From a virus: DNA of 64,000 bases. Each line of letters begins with the position of its first letter. Position 1 is the stretch's first letter. A model generated the notes under the pieces. It did not search any database. It saw only the letters and a list, made by a program, of their open reading frames with translations, and had not been told where the DNA came from. Shown here piece after piece: positions 20,527-31,650 of this stretch. The DNA is taken from the IMG/VR virus record IMGVR_UViG_3300045303_000152, positions 32,001 to 96,000 of that record; one strand, given 5' to 3'. The translations under genes and the position numbers were made by a program.

Positions 20527-21492
20527 ATGAAAGCGCGCACATTCGACAAGGCCGATGTGTACGAGCGCATAACTGCTCAGATTATTAAGGACGTTGAGGC
20601 TGGGACGATACCCTGGCTGATACCCTGGTCACATTCTAAAGCCACTCAGGCTCGAGATTTGACCTTGCAAGACGTGTGGCCGGCTAACGCAATCACCGGC
20701 CACCTGTACAACGGCGCAAACGTGTTTCAATGCTGGATGCATCAGTCAAGGCTGAAGGCAGAAGGGCCACCGCTGTTCTTAACCTTCAAGCAAGCGAAGG
20801 CAGCCGGCGGCTACGTGCGCAAAGGAGAGCAGAGCATCATCGTCATCGGCTTCAACAGTGGCTTGAAGAAAGTCGAGCAGGACGATGGTACGACCAAAAC
20901 CAAAAAGACTTTCTATGCGTTCGGCCACTTCGTATTTCACATCAGCCAATGTGAGAATGTGAAGCTGCCAAAGCGCAAGCCCATAGAGCGACCCGTGGGC
21001 CTCGACGATGACAAGGCATGGCAGGCGTTCATCAAAGCTACCGGAGCAGACATTCGCCACGGTGGCACGAGTGCTCACTACAAGCCCATCGCAGACTACA
21101 TACAAATGCCGACGGCCAAGGCGTTCAAGACTAAGGATGATTACAAGGCTGTCGAGTTGCACGAGTTGACACACTGGACAAGCCACAAGACTAGGTGCGA
21201 CAGGCCAATCATGCACATGTTCCAAAGCGAGGGCTACGCAAAGGAGGAGCTGATTGCCGAGCTGGGCAGTGCATTTCTATGTGCCAAGCTGGGCGTCGTG
21301 CAAAAGACTGTGCGTCACGCCGACTATGTTGGCGATTGGCTGAAAGTGCTCAAGAACGACAAGCGCGCCATCGTGCGCGCTGCGTCGCAGGCAATGAAGG
21401 CCACAACCTTCATTGAGACGCTGGTAGGTGATGCGTTGAAACCAAAAGTGAAGCGCAAGCGTTTGAAACCATCGAAAGGAAAAAGGCGATGA
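20527..21492 (+). CDS. ardC: ArdC-like anti-restriction / ssDNA-binding protein with zincin domain
   Basis: IT..II...E.G..PW..PW, Y.G.N, FLTFKQA...GGYVRKGE, HELTHWT.H..R..R, YA.EEL.AELGSAFL, HADY...WL. Confidence 0.92.
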   Translation: MKARTFDKADVYERITAQIIKDVEAGTIPWLIPWSHSKATQARDLTLQDVWPANAITGHLYNGANVFQCWMHQSRLKAEGPPLFLTFKQAKAAGGYVRKGEQSIIVIGFNSGLKKVEQDDGTTKTKKTFYAFGHFVFHISQCENVKLPKRKPIERPVGLDDDKAWQAFIKATGADIRHGGTSAHYKPIADYIQMPTAKAFKTKDDYKAVELHELTHWTSHKTRCDRPIMHMFQSEGYAKEELIAELGSAFLCAKLGVVQKTVRHADYVGDWLKVLKNDKRAIVRAASQAMKATTFIETLVGDALKPKVKRKRLKPSKGKRR

Positions 21493-22477
21493 CCCCAAGA
21501 CACGGCGTAGCAGCAGCGACCTTCTTCACAGGCACGAGAAAGAATGGTGACAAGGTATGGATCAACGTGGCTGAAATAACCACGATGATCGACCACACCG
21601 ACAAGAAGAAACCTGACAACAGGTACACCATCATCGCAACGGTGCATGGCGTGAGCCAGCAAGCTATGTTTCTGAACGAAACGCCAGAAACCCTGATCGC
21701 CACGGCGGTAACGATAGTCGGGTAAGCCCATGTCAACTCGAGAAACGCTGCTGGTGCTGGCATTGGGTTGGCTCTATTTCTGGGGCCTGTTCATAACATT
21801 CTGCTTTCAAATGCTGACGGTAGCCTATTTCAAACAGACTAAGGAGATGAACGGCCTGCATTTGGCCTACATCATCTTCTTATGCATATGCTGGCCTGTT
21901 AGCTTACCCAAGGCTGGCGTGCCAGCTATCGGCGACATGCTGTCAACGTTGGCAGCTCACATCAAGCAAAGGAGAAAGAAGTGAGAGTGTTCAGGCGCCT
22001 GTCAGATGATGGGCATGCTTCTGTATTCAAGTCAAGGGTAAGCGCCGGCATGATCGTACTGGAAATTGCCTATGCGCATGGCTTGGCCAGAATGATCACA
22101 ACCTTATCCAAGGAGGAGGCCAAGCGTTACGCAACGTGGTTACTAAGCAAAACGGAGTGAGCTAATGACTGGGGGTCACATGACGTTCATTGAGGAATAC
22201 CTAGGCTGGGAGATATACCTCGATATGCCAGCGAAGATGTACTACGCAATAGATCCTAGTAGCGGCACTCGCTACGGGCCTAGCCGCAGTCGAGCCGACT
22301 TGAAACTCTATATCAACAGAGTAAAAAGTAGCTTTAGCCTGTAACAATTAACATTCAAAGAAAGGAGAACTGACCATGCCGCAACTTGCGAGAGTTACCG
22401 TGCTGATGGGCCTAGTCACGGCATTTGCCATCGTGCTGGCTATCAGCTTGATCGTGATATTCGGGTAGTCTGCAAAA

Positions 22478-22491
22478 GTTCAAAATTGAAC
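22478..22491. promoter_or_regulatory. Palindrome copy 3
   Basis: aaGTTCAAAATTGAACtt just before an RBS. Confidence 0.7.
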
Positions 22492-24997
22492 TTCACCAAG
22501 GAGAGGGAAATATGAGCGAGCATCGAGACGTGCGTAGTGACGCTTATTGGCAGGAGTGGGCCGATAACTACAAGCCGACGCCAAGTGGTCCACAGCCAAC
22601 CGCCACGGGTTATCTGCTGCTGGCGGCGTATGGTAAGGCTAAGCGGGCACTCATTCGGCTGGTGTGCTTTGTGTACCAGCACGACATCGAGACTGAAGAG
22701 TGGGATGAAGTCAACTACAAGATCGAAAACATACCCTGGCACTGCCGGCGTTGCGGTGCTGGCGGCATAACCCGCTAAGGCTAAGCTTCAACACAATCAG
22801 GCAGTATGTAAACTCTAAGGAAGAGAGGGATCGAGCTATGGCTAAAACAACCCAAGTCTGCATCAATGAGAACTGCGTGTTCGTGTTTCAGACCAATCAC
22901 GGCTCGCTAGTAGTGAGGTTCGAGAAGGTAGGCACCCGTGATACTATTTACAGCGTCGTGACCTATCAGGACAAAAACAATACAATCATCGGGCCGAACA
23001 TCGGCTACGCGTTCAAGCCGAGAAACAGCAACGAGGCGTGAGCATATGTGGATACACAAAGTAGAACGAATATTAAAGGAGGGAACTATGGATGTGCAAA
23101 TCGAGGCGATGCGTTGTCAAGTATCGAACGTGTTCTACCCTCATTGGGCACTCAGAAGGGTAGCGCTTGATACTAGCAAGGACACCGGCAAGAGCATCAT
23201 CGTGCATGAGCCGTTGGCTCGAATGACAGCAACGGCTGTAAGGAACAATAGCCTAGAAGCTTTTGTGAAGCTGGTACGACTGTCGCAAACACTAAAAGAC
23301 ATAAAGGAGTGAGTAGCATGGGGAAGAACAGACGTAAGCCAATCGAGCGCAAGCGGCTAGGCCCAGTCGGTGGGCGATACTCGACGCCGTTCTTGAACTA
23401 TGGCGCGGGCGTTATGAAGGTAACGCCACGACCCATCGACATCAAGATACCTCGCCGCTTGCTGCTTGCCTTGCAAGTACGTGAGGATAGCAAAAAAGAA
23501 TGGGGTAACCTGCGCGCGCATTCGATCAACCAGTACACACCCGAAAGCCAGAAAAACAAGCTAAGAAAGGAACTCGAGTACTTGCGTGAGGGTTGGATGG
23601 TGAATGCCTACTTCGGTAGCAATGCATCATTCAGAATTCACGAGGTTTACACCCGGCCCGAGGCAGCCACCTACTAAGGAACATGAATATCATGACAAAG
23701 AAAGCAAAGAAAAAGCTCAACGGCGTTCACGTGCAAGTCGCAGCGGAGCCAATCGAAGCACCTCAATACCTGGGGCACAAGCCGCGCATGGGTAAAGGCA
23801 ATAAGATCGCCTTGGCCCGAGCAATAGCAGCAGCACGCAACGCCGCTCGCAAGAGCAACTTGTTCGACGGCATCAGGGGGCACGGCATCGTGATACTCAT
23901 AGATGCTGCATTGCAGGATGCATTCTTACCCAAGGGCAAGATCGAGGTGCGCCGCGAGGGGGATCGCTTACAACAAGCATTGAAGCTAGTGAGAGACAGC
24001 CAGCGCATGCAGCAGGCACCGCCAGGATTGCTAACCTAATGGAGCCAGAAATGAAACACAAGCTAAAGCCCAAGGCTAAACCTAAGCTTGAGGAGTACAT
24101 ATACGCAATCGCAAATCCAGTCACCGGCATGGAGTTGGTGCGCTCGACCTGGGCGTACTCACTGCAGGAAGCTACTCGCCAAACTGAGAATATTGCTCGG
24201 TGCTTTGGCAAGTCAACAGAAGTTGTTCATGTTGAGAGGGCCTGATGATTAGAATAACACTGCCCCCTTATCCAGAAGTGATCCACATCATGGGCACGCA
24301 CGGCCTACAATCGCTGACCACTGATAGATTTGCATACCTAGAGAGGGAGTACAAGCAACATCTAGCCTTGCTGGTCAGCATGCAATACCACGGCAAGTTC
24401 ACCGCAGATCAAATAACGGGCATGGTCTTTATCATAGGACTAATGCTGCAAGCACCCGATGGAGGTAACTGATGGCAACGTACAAACAATTCCCACACTG
24501 TCACGCATTCGCAGCCGGGCATGCTGCTGAGAACAGCATACCGCACGACGCCTTTCATCGCCTAAGGGACTGTGAGGTGTTGCAGACTGAAATCAACCTT
24601 TGGAATAGGACTGAAACCGTACTCGCTGCGCTGAAGCTAGATACTCCTGGTGGCAAAATTTCAGAGCGGCAAGCTGCACTGTTTCAGCTCGGCTATACCC
24701 AAGCAATGGGTACGGATGAAATTGCCGATGCCGCTGACGATACCGAGCGCGACAAGCTTGAGAAGGAGTACGACCAAAAGCTGGGCCTCGACGACCCGAC
24801 TATCAGAGAGTTTGTGATTTCGCTGTACTGAAAGCAAACTCAACCCTAAGGAGACTTACTATGGAACCCAAGTTGGAATTCGCATTGACTTCGTGGTGCG
24901 TGATCTGCCGTAAGTTCGTGCTCGTGCCTTGCGAGCGTGGTGAGTTCGCCAGTAGTAAGAAACCAAGCTAAGCAAGCGCAAGCTAAGGAGATTTGTA

Positions 24998-26905
24998 ATG
25001 GCCGCTACTCGCAAGGTTAAAGAGCCAACAACTGCCAGACGTAAGGCAGCCGCCAAGAAAAATGAAAAGGTGGTGAAGGAGTATATAAGAAAAAAGCTGC
25101 CGAAGCCTTCGGCGAAGAAGTTCACGCCGAAGGCAATGATCGTCACGAGCAAAACGATCAAAAACACACCGGGCATGCCGCTCACGGCCAAGGCGTATTT
25201 GAAGAAGCCTACCAAGCCCACCGCAAAGGCAAAGAAGCCAGCCAAGGCTAAGGAGACTGTTAAGCGTTGGATACCAGCGCTCAGTGAACCCCAAGCCGAG
25301 CGAATGGCTAAGAAGCTAACCGAACAAATGGCTGCGGAGCTAACAGTTGAGTGGAAACCCAAGTACGAGCTTATTCTGCCCAAGGGCAACGTACCGGCCT
25401 CGCCGCAACAGTCTATATTATTTGATTGGATCATCGTGGGTTCCGGCAACGCGTTCGTGGAAGCTGTCGCCGGCAGCGGTAAGACGACATCGCTGACGCA
25501 AGGCTGCCGGTTCATGAGTGGCAGCGTGATGTTGACTTGCTTCAATAAGAAGATAGCGGTCGACATCAGCACCAAGCTGGAACAGTTGAAGCTGGCCAAC
25601 GTGAGTTCCAGCACGTTCCACTCGGTTGGTTGGAAAGCATGCATCAGAGCTTACAAAGGCGTCAAGCTCGACGCCCGTGGTAAGCGCGATGCCATGTTCG
25701 AGTATTTGCGGGTAGAGGCTACCTTGATGGAGTTTCCCGTCAAGCTGCGCAGCATCGTCGGCAACCTCGTATCACTGGCAAAGCAGAAGGGCGTGTTCAA
25801 GTTTCACGAGCCTGATGATCGGGAGTTTTGGCATGACATCATCGAGCATCACAACCTCGATGATGAGATCGAAGACCCCGCAATGGTCGAGCAGGCAATC
25901 GAGTTCGCCATCAGCGGCATCAAATGGTCGAAGGAGATTGCACCAAAGCTGATGGACTTCGACGATCAGATTTGGATGCCCATCATCACCAACATGCAGG
26001 TGCCTAAGTTCGACTGGGTGCTGGTAGATGAAGCGCAGGATACGAATGCAGCACGCCGGGCATTGGCACACAAGATGATGCACGAGCGCAGCCGCATTGT
26101 ATTCGTCGGTGATCGCAACCAAGCCATCTACGGCTTTTGCGGTGCCGACAGCGATGCCATCGACATTTTGATGAAGGACTTCAACTGTATCGCCCTGCCG
26201 TTGAATGTCACCTATCGCTGCCCGCAAGCCGTGGTGCGTGAGGCTCAGAAATACGTGAGCCACATCGTAGCGTGGGATCAGGCAGCCATCGGCTCAGTGG
26301 CCAGCGTCAACGCCACCGAGTTTTGGGATAACGAAGTGGCGAAGCTTTATCCCGAATGCGCCATACTGTGCCGCAACACCAAGCCGCTCGTTGCATTGGC
26401 GTTTCAGTTGATCCGTCGCAACGTGGCTTGCCATGTCGAGGGTCGCGACATTGGCCAAGGTTTGCTCAAGCTGACCCAACGATGGAAAGTCACTGAGATA
26501 GGTGAGCTGCACGACAAGCTCGAAGAGTATCTCGAGCGTGAGCGGGCCAAGCTCGACCTTGCTCGTAAGGAGGCTCAGTCGGCCGCCCTGCAAGATAGGG
26601 TCGAAACCCTGTACATTTTGATGGAGGGCTGCACGACCGTATCGCAGCTTGCCGCCAAGATAGACAACCTGTTCAAGGATACCGAGGGTAGCCAAAAGCG
26701 AACCGTCACCCTGAGCACCGTACACAAAGCCAAGGGTCGAGAGTGGGACTACGTGTACATTCTCGGCTTCGACAAGTACATGCCGAGCAAGTGGGCCAAG
26801 CAATCGTGGGAGAAGGAGCAAGAGACTAATATCATTTACGTCGCGATCACCCGAGCCATCAAACAACTCACGTTCACCGAGCACTTGGAGGATAAGAAAG
26901 CATGA
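24998..26905 (+). CDS. UvrD/Rep-like SF1 helicase with Lys-rich N-terminal extension
   Basis: AVAGSGKT, TFHS, VDEAQD, VGD.NQAIYGF.GAD, TYRCP, STVHKAKGREW, YVAITRA. Confidence 0.93.
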   Translation: MAATRKVKEPTTARRKAAAKKNEKVVKEYIRKKLPKPSAKKFTPKAMIVTSKTIKNTPGMPLTAKAYLKKPTKPTAKAKKPAKAKETVKRWIPALSEPQAERMAKKLTEQMAAELTVEWKPKYELILPKGNVPASPQQSILFDWIIVGSGNAFVEAVAGSGKTTSLTQGCRFMSGSVMLTCFNKKIAVDISTKLEQLKLANVSSSTFHSVGWKACIRAYKGVKLDARGKRDAMFEYLRVEATLMEFPVKLRSIVGNLVSLAKQKGVFKFHEPDDREFWHDIIEHHNLDDEIEDPAMVEQAIEFAISGIKWSKEIAPKLMDFDDQIWMPIITNMQVPKFDWVLVDEAQDTNAARRALAHKMMHERSRIVFVGDRNQAIYGFCGADSDAIDILMKDFNCIALPLNVTYRCPQAVVREAQKYVSHIVAWDQAAIGSVASVNATEFWDNEVAKLYPECAILCRNTKPLVALAFQLIRRNVACHVEGRDIGQGLLKLTQRWKVTEIGELHDKLEEYLERERAKLDLARKEAQSAALQDRVETLYILMEGCTTVSQLAAKIDNLFKDTEGSQKRTVTLSTVHKAKGREWDYVYILGFDKYMPSKWAKQSWEKEQETNIIYVAITRAIKQLTFTEHLEDKKA

Positions 26906-28713
26906 GACGGCTTTTGAAATGGTGGCGTAGGGAGAATTTGCGTGCAGCGGTCTACGGCGAGCAAATGCGATTTTTCTACCTCACACACCCCGACGACGTA
27001 TCGGCTGAAGAGCTAGCAAAACATCGTGCGGATTGGGCTCGCCGTTTGCAACTTGCTGATGCTGAGTACAGGCTGGAGGAGAAGAAGTCATGAACTACTA
27101 CTGGGTTTGGTTTCGTACCTCTAAGTACGAGTCACTGGAAATAGCCAAGTTCGATAGTCAGGAGGGTGTGACGACCTTTCTAAACGCTTACGCCGGCAAT
27201 AGTGAACTCGAGTTTACCGTCGTGTTTGGATCAGAGATCAAGTTCAGAGCTGTCACTGTCATCACCAAGTACGAGCGGGATGATACCGGCGAAAACCAAG
27301 GGGAGAAGAAAGCGTGACGGACCAGTACTGTAGCAAGTGTAGAAGTAGAATGGACATGATTATCACTGACTGCTCACAAATAGGTAGGTGGGTGGGCAGT
27401 GATGGGCTAACCGCAAATCGCCAGTTTAGAAAGGACACTGGTGAAGAGATTATGGTGCGTATGTGGGTGTGCCCCAACTTCAATAAGAGAACCAACAACA
27501 ATTGGTTTCAAGTAAACGTGCTAGGGCATGCCAAGTACGAGCAGCATGACAAGCAAGCAGAGTTTGTAAACCATGACAACCCGCACGCTGTAATCCTATA
27601 GCGCGCAACCCCAACCAAGGAGAACTACCCAATGTTACAAGATAAGCTCATACCCCTACTGCTGGGCGCTGCTGTTTGCACCCTGGCCGGCGCGCTGGTA
27701 TTTGGCGTTTCCACCATACCACGTGACCCGCCGCTGGCGCCGATCAAGCCAATGAGCTTGAACACGGCAATCCAGCATTGCAACGATGCCGCCTACCAGA
27801 AGGCGCCCAACGTCAAGCAGTGGGACATCACCGAATGCCTGTACCATGCGCTGGATGGCAAGTACCCGATCAAGTCTTCCATTTCGAAGAAGCTGCCACA
27901 GTAGGTATGTTATAGGCGAGGCTGCATCAACCCCGAGGGCTCAAATGCGACGCAAACAACTAACCTCACAAAGGCGCAGAATCGCACCGCCGGCGCCTGA
28001 TCGCCCGCCAGTAAAGGAGATGCTGGTCGGGCCAAAGAAAGCTTTCAAGCCATCGCTGCTCGCGCAGTTTCAGCGGTTGCTTGAAAAGACCCCCGGCAAC
28101 TACTGGATAATCGTGTACAGTGGCAAAGGGTATACTGACCTGGATTTGAATACTACCAAAGAATCCACCGTCAGCACCATACGCCACTTCAAGCACTGTT
28201 ACCCAGATGCCAAAGTGATCTACTTGAAAATACCCGACGAAGAGCCTAAAGCTAGCCCCAAACCAGCCAAGCGCAGCTTTGATAAAAAGAAGTACGCGAA
28301 AGCTGCCAGAGCCCGTCAATACTAAACCCAGTGGAGGCGTACCGTGCTTCGCTTAATAGTCAAAGTGTGCCCGAAAGAAAATGGCCGTTTCAACGGTGAT
28401 GACGAAAGCATCAACCTGAAATGCTACAAAGTTTTCGAGGTGGAGCACGAGGACTTGGAGGACTACATCACTGAGCAGCGTGATAATGGCCAGCCAATCA
28501 AGCTGGTGGCAATAGAAGTGTTCGAGCAAGCGCCACTGCCATTGGCAACGCCAGTGTTTCCAGAGTACAAGCCGAGCGATGCAAGCCCCGCCGCGCAAGG
28601 CTCATTGATGGCAGCACTCGCAGCGAAGCACAAGCCGGCTAATGACTTCTGGGGCAGCCTGTTCAAGCGTAAACGCTACGTGCCGCCGCTCAACTTGCCT
28701 AAGTAGAATTGGC

Positions 28714-28727
28714 GTTCAATTTTGAAC
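28714..28727. promoter_or_regulatory. Palindrome copy 4
   Basis: tagaat-tggc-GTTCAATTTTGAAC after a stop codon. Confidence 0.7.
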
Positions 28728-28886
28728 TTGTGGGGTAGAAACAGCTAGGGCGGTCGAGGGTGATGGGATTCCCTGACCGCCCTAACTCGTTGCACCCGCG
28801 CCGTCAACCCCTTGCGCGTCACAGGAGCATCATAACACTAGCGTAAACATACCTAATCGTCAACCTAAACTGAGGGAGAACTAGCT

Positions 28887-29234
28887 ATGAGCCTTAATTG
28901 GGAGAACGACAAATGCCGCAAGTGCAAGCTAGCGCGCACACCTGAAGGGCACGACCCATGCCTAGGTGAACTGCCGGGGGTTTTGTTCGCATGTTGCGGG
29001 CATGGCAACGGTGCGGGGTACATCTACTTCCAAAGCGGGGTGCTTATCAACTTCGGCTTTTGCTCGATTGAGCAAGTACCGCCAGAAAAGCTGGCTCAAA
29101 GCCGAGCATTGAAGCAATCAGAGTTATTCGAGGCTTACAAGCTCAGGCGATTGAACAATACCAGCATTGTTAAGCGAGATTCTGATGCATTAGTAAAGGC
29201 TAGAACATTCAGGTGGAGTAAGCAGTCGGGCTAG
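28887..29234 (+). CDS. Cys/His-rich hypothetical protein
   Basis: C..C...TPEGHDPCLG.LPGV..ACCGHG. Confidence 0.65.
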   Translation: MSLNWENDKCRKCKLARTPEGHDPCLGELPGVLFACCGHGNGAGYIYFQSGVLINFGFCSIEQVPPEKLAQSRALKQSELFEAYKLRRLNNTSIVKRDSDALVKARTFRWSKQSG

Positions 29235-29339
29235 AGGGTTAGGCTGGCAGGCATAGGCTGGGCAACCCCGTTGCCGCCCCTACGAGCCTCGGCACTGGTG
29301 CTAGGGCTGGTACTGGGCATGCAACTAGAGTGCTAACCA

Positions 29340-29780
29340 GCATTGTTGAACCAGAAGAGAGTGAATAGTAGATTGGCGGGGTTCAACACGTTACTGGCTT
29401 GAAGCAGTTTCAGCGACGACCTACAGGCGCTTTTGTTTTGCCAGAGCCTCAACTGGCCGCCCCTACGATCCGCAGGGTTTGGTTTGCATCAGTGGAGCCC
29501 CCACTGATCGAGCTACGCGCTTCCATGAGCGTGTTGCCGTATGCTCGCTGTTCGGTAGCAACCGGCCTTCAAACCGCATTGCTATATCCGGGGTTATGAG
29601 ATTTGTCGCAGTAGGTGCTCGGCAGCACCGTCGCCTTTCATTGGTGGGCGGTGAAGGGTCAAGTTCCGCTGAAGCATCATCAGGCCGTAATCGCTAGGCA
29701 GTAGGCGGCGGAGGTCACGCTTCAACACCACTCCGCTCTTTAACAAGCTCGATCAGCTATTAGCTGGGCTCGCCTAGTGT
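29340..29780 (-). ncRNA. Candidate large structured non-coding RNA
   Basis: No convincing ORF; several long-range complementary segments and at least five hairpins; one G-U pair favours the minus strand. Confidence 0.5.
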
Positions 29781-29877
29781 GTAAGTACAACCATACTGCG
29801 ATTCTTAAATCAAGTTGGTAATCGTATGTTGAAAGTGAGCAAGCAATCGGGCTTCGCTCAAACTCGAAGGTAACATC

Positions 29878-30828
29878 ATGTCACGTATGGAATCCAAAGC
29901 TTTGGAGCGGGCTATTGAAGCGTTCCGCAAGTTTACTGAAACACAAACAACATTGATGGCATTGACCATCGGCCCTGAAGAGCTCATGAAGTTTTTGCAA
30001 TGCAGGGGGAGTTGCATCATAACAGTAACACCCTCGCTCGCTCGCTGGATACTTGATAACATGGGCGGGCGCAATCGCGATATCGTCAAGGCTACGGTAG
30101 ATCGGTACGCCGAAGCCATGAAGAAGCCCAATGGCTGGCGCGTCACTGGTCAAGGGCTAATCTTCAACCGGGCTGGTAAGCTTGACGATGGGCAACACCG
30201 TCTCAGCGCTTGCATACAAGCCGAGGTACCATTCCAAACCTTCGTGGTGTTCGGCATGGAAGAAGACATTTTCAAGTACCTCGATGACAACAAGCCGCGC
30301 CGTGGCTCGGACATTTTCAAAATCAACGGCGTGCCTCTCTATGAGCCTACGGCAAATGCCATGCGTTGGCTTATGGTGCTTCGCAGTGAGGGTAACAACA
30401 AGAAGCGCGTCAGCAACGATGACAAGCTTGATTTCTATATCGAGCATGTTCGCGAGGTTGACAAGGTAGAGTTCATGCGCGAGTGCGCCGAAACCGCCTT
30501 GCAATTGGTGGGTGTTGGTGGGTTTCCAAAGGGGATCTTGGCAGCGCTGCTGTTCGAGGCCGGCGAAAAGCACGGTGAGCCAAAAGCACAAAAGGTCATG
30601 CAGGACCTGAAGCTCAACAAAGGCGAAGCGCGGATCTTCCGCGAAAACTACGGCAAAATGATGACTGGCTTCAGAGACGACAAGTCGTCATTGACTGACA
30701 CTGCCAAGTTGCGAGCCATTGCCGAGGGCGTTACGGCTTGCATCGAGGAACGCCGCGTTTCGGTTAGCGCGCTCATGCGTGCAACTAACGTGAACAAGCC
30801 GGAGGAAACTGAGCCCAGCAACAAGTAA
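29878..30828 (+). CDS. ParB/Srx-like N-terminal domain protein (DGQHRL type)
   Basis: NR.....V..YA..M....W...G..LIF...G.L.DGQHRL.A. Confidence 0.75.
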   Translation: MSRMESKALERAIEAFRKFTETQTTLMALTIGPEELMKFLQCRGSCIITVTPSLARWILDNMGGRNRDIVKATVDRYAEAMKKPNGWRVTGQGLIFNRAGKLDDGQHRLSACIQAEVPFQTFVVFGMEEDIFKYLDDNKPRRGSDIFKINGVPLYEPTANAMRWLMVLRSEGNNKKRVSNDDKLDFYIEHVREVDKVEFMRECAETALQLVGVGGFPKGILAALLFEAGEKHGEPKAQKVMQDLKLNKGEARIFRENYGKMMTGFRDDKSSLTDTAKLRAIAEGVTACIEERRVSVSALMRATNVNKPEETEPSNK

Positions 30829-30900
30829 CATTTGGAAAATGGATGGGGTAGGCTCAGTATGTATAGTACGAGCCTACCCTAACCTTTTGGAGCTTACAAC

Positions 30901-31650
30901 ATGGCCGACTTCAAGGTACAAAATCTACGGGTTGCGAGTATAGGCTTTCCAGTCATTCGCCTTCGCAAGATCAACGATCAAAATGTTGCCGCTTTAGCTT
31001 CTTCCATGAAGCGAATTGGACTTCAACAGCCAATCATCGTTTACCATGCCACGCGCGGGGCGATGGGGTTTGAGTTGGTCGCTGGTAAGCATCGGTTGCT
31101 GGCAGCAAAGAAATTAAAGTGGAAAACCATACCGGGGCGCGTGCTGCCTCACGATCAAGTTAGGCAGGCTACTTTGATTGAGATAGATGAAAACCTTTGC
31201 CGAGCTGAGTTAACACCAGCCGAACGTGTGGCGCACCTTGCCGAGCGTAAGCGCTTATATGAAGAAGATCACCCTGAAACCAAACATGGCAAGGCCTCCA
31301 AAAGTAAAGGCGCAAAGTTTGCGCCTTTATTTAAGGATAAAGCTTTTCATAAAGATACAGCAGATAAAATTGGTAGGTCAGCGCGAGCAGTTCAACTTGA
31401 CGCAGAACGTGGCGCAAAGATAGCGCCAAAAGTGCTTCAACGTATTCAAGGCACAGCTCTTGATAAAGGGGTACATCTCGATACATTGAAAAACTTGAGT
31501 ACTAAGGAACAGCATAAGTACGTGGACGATATGTTTCGTAAACCAAAAGAGCCTAGGTTAAAACCAACAGTCCGGTTGATAACATGCCCACGTTGTAAGA
31601 ATTGCCCTGATTGTCACGGCACTCGAAAGATCGAAGTTGAAATCGACTAA
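30901..31650 (+). CDS. ParB N-terminal domain protein with HTH
   Basis: LA.SM..IGLQQPI.V, LVAGKHRL.A.K.L, EIDENL.R.ELT; AT-richer than its neighbours. Confidence 0.85.
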   Translation: MADFKVQNLRVASIGFPVIRLRKINDQNVAALASSMKRIGLQQPIIVYHATRGAMGFELVAGKHRLLAAKKLKWKTIPGRVLPHDQVRQATLIEIDENLCRAELTPAERVAHLAERKRLYEEDHPETKHGKASKSKGAKFAPLFKDKAFHKDTADKIGRSARAVQLDAERGAKIAPKVLQRIQGTALDKGVHLDTLKNLSTKEQHKYVDDMFRKPKEPRLKPTVRLITCPRCKNCPDCHGTRKIEVEID

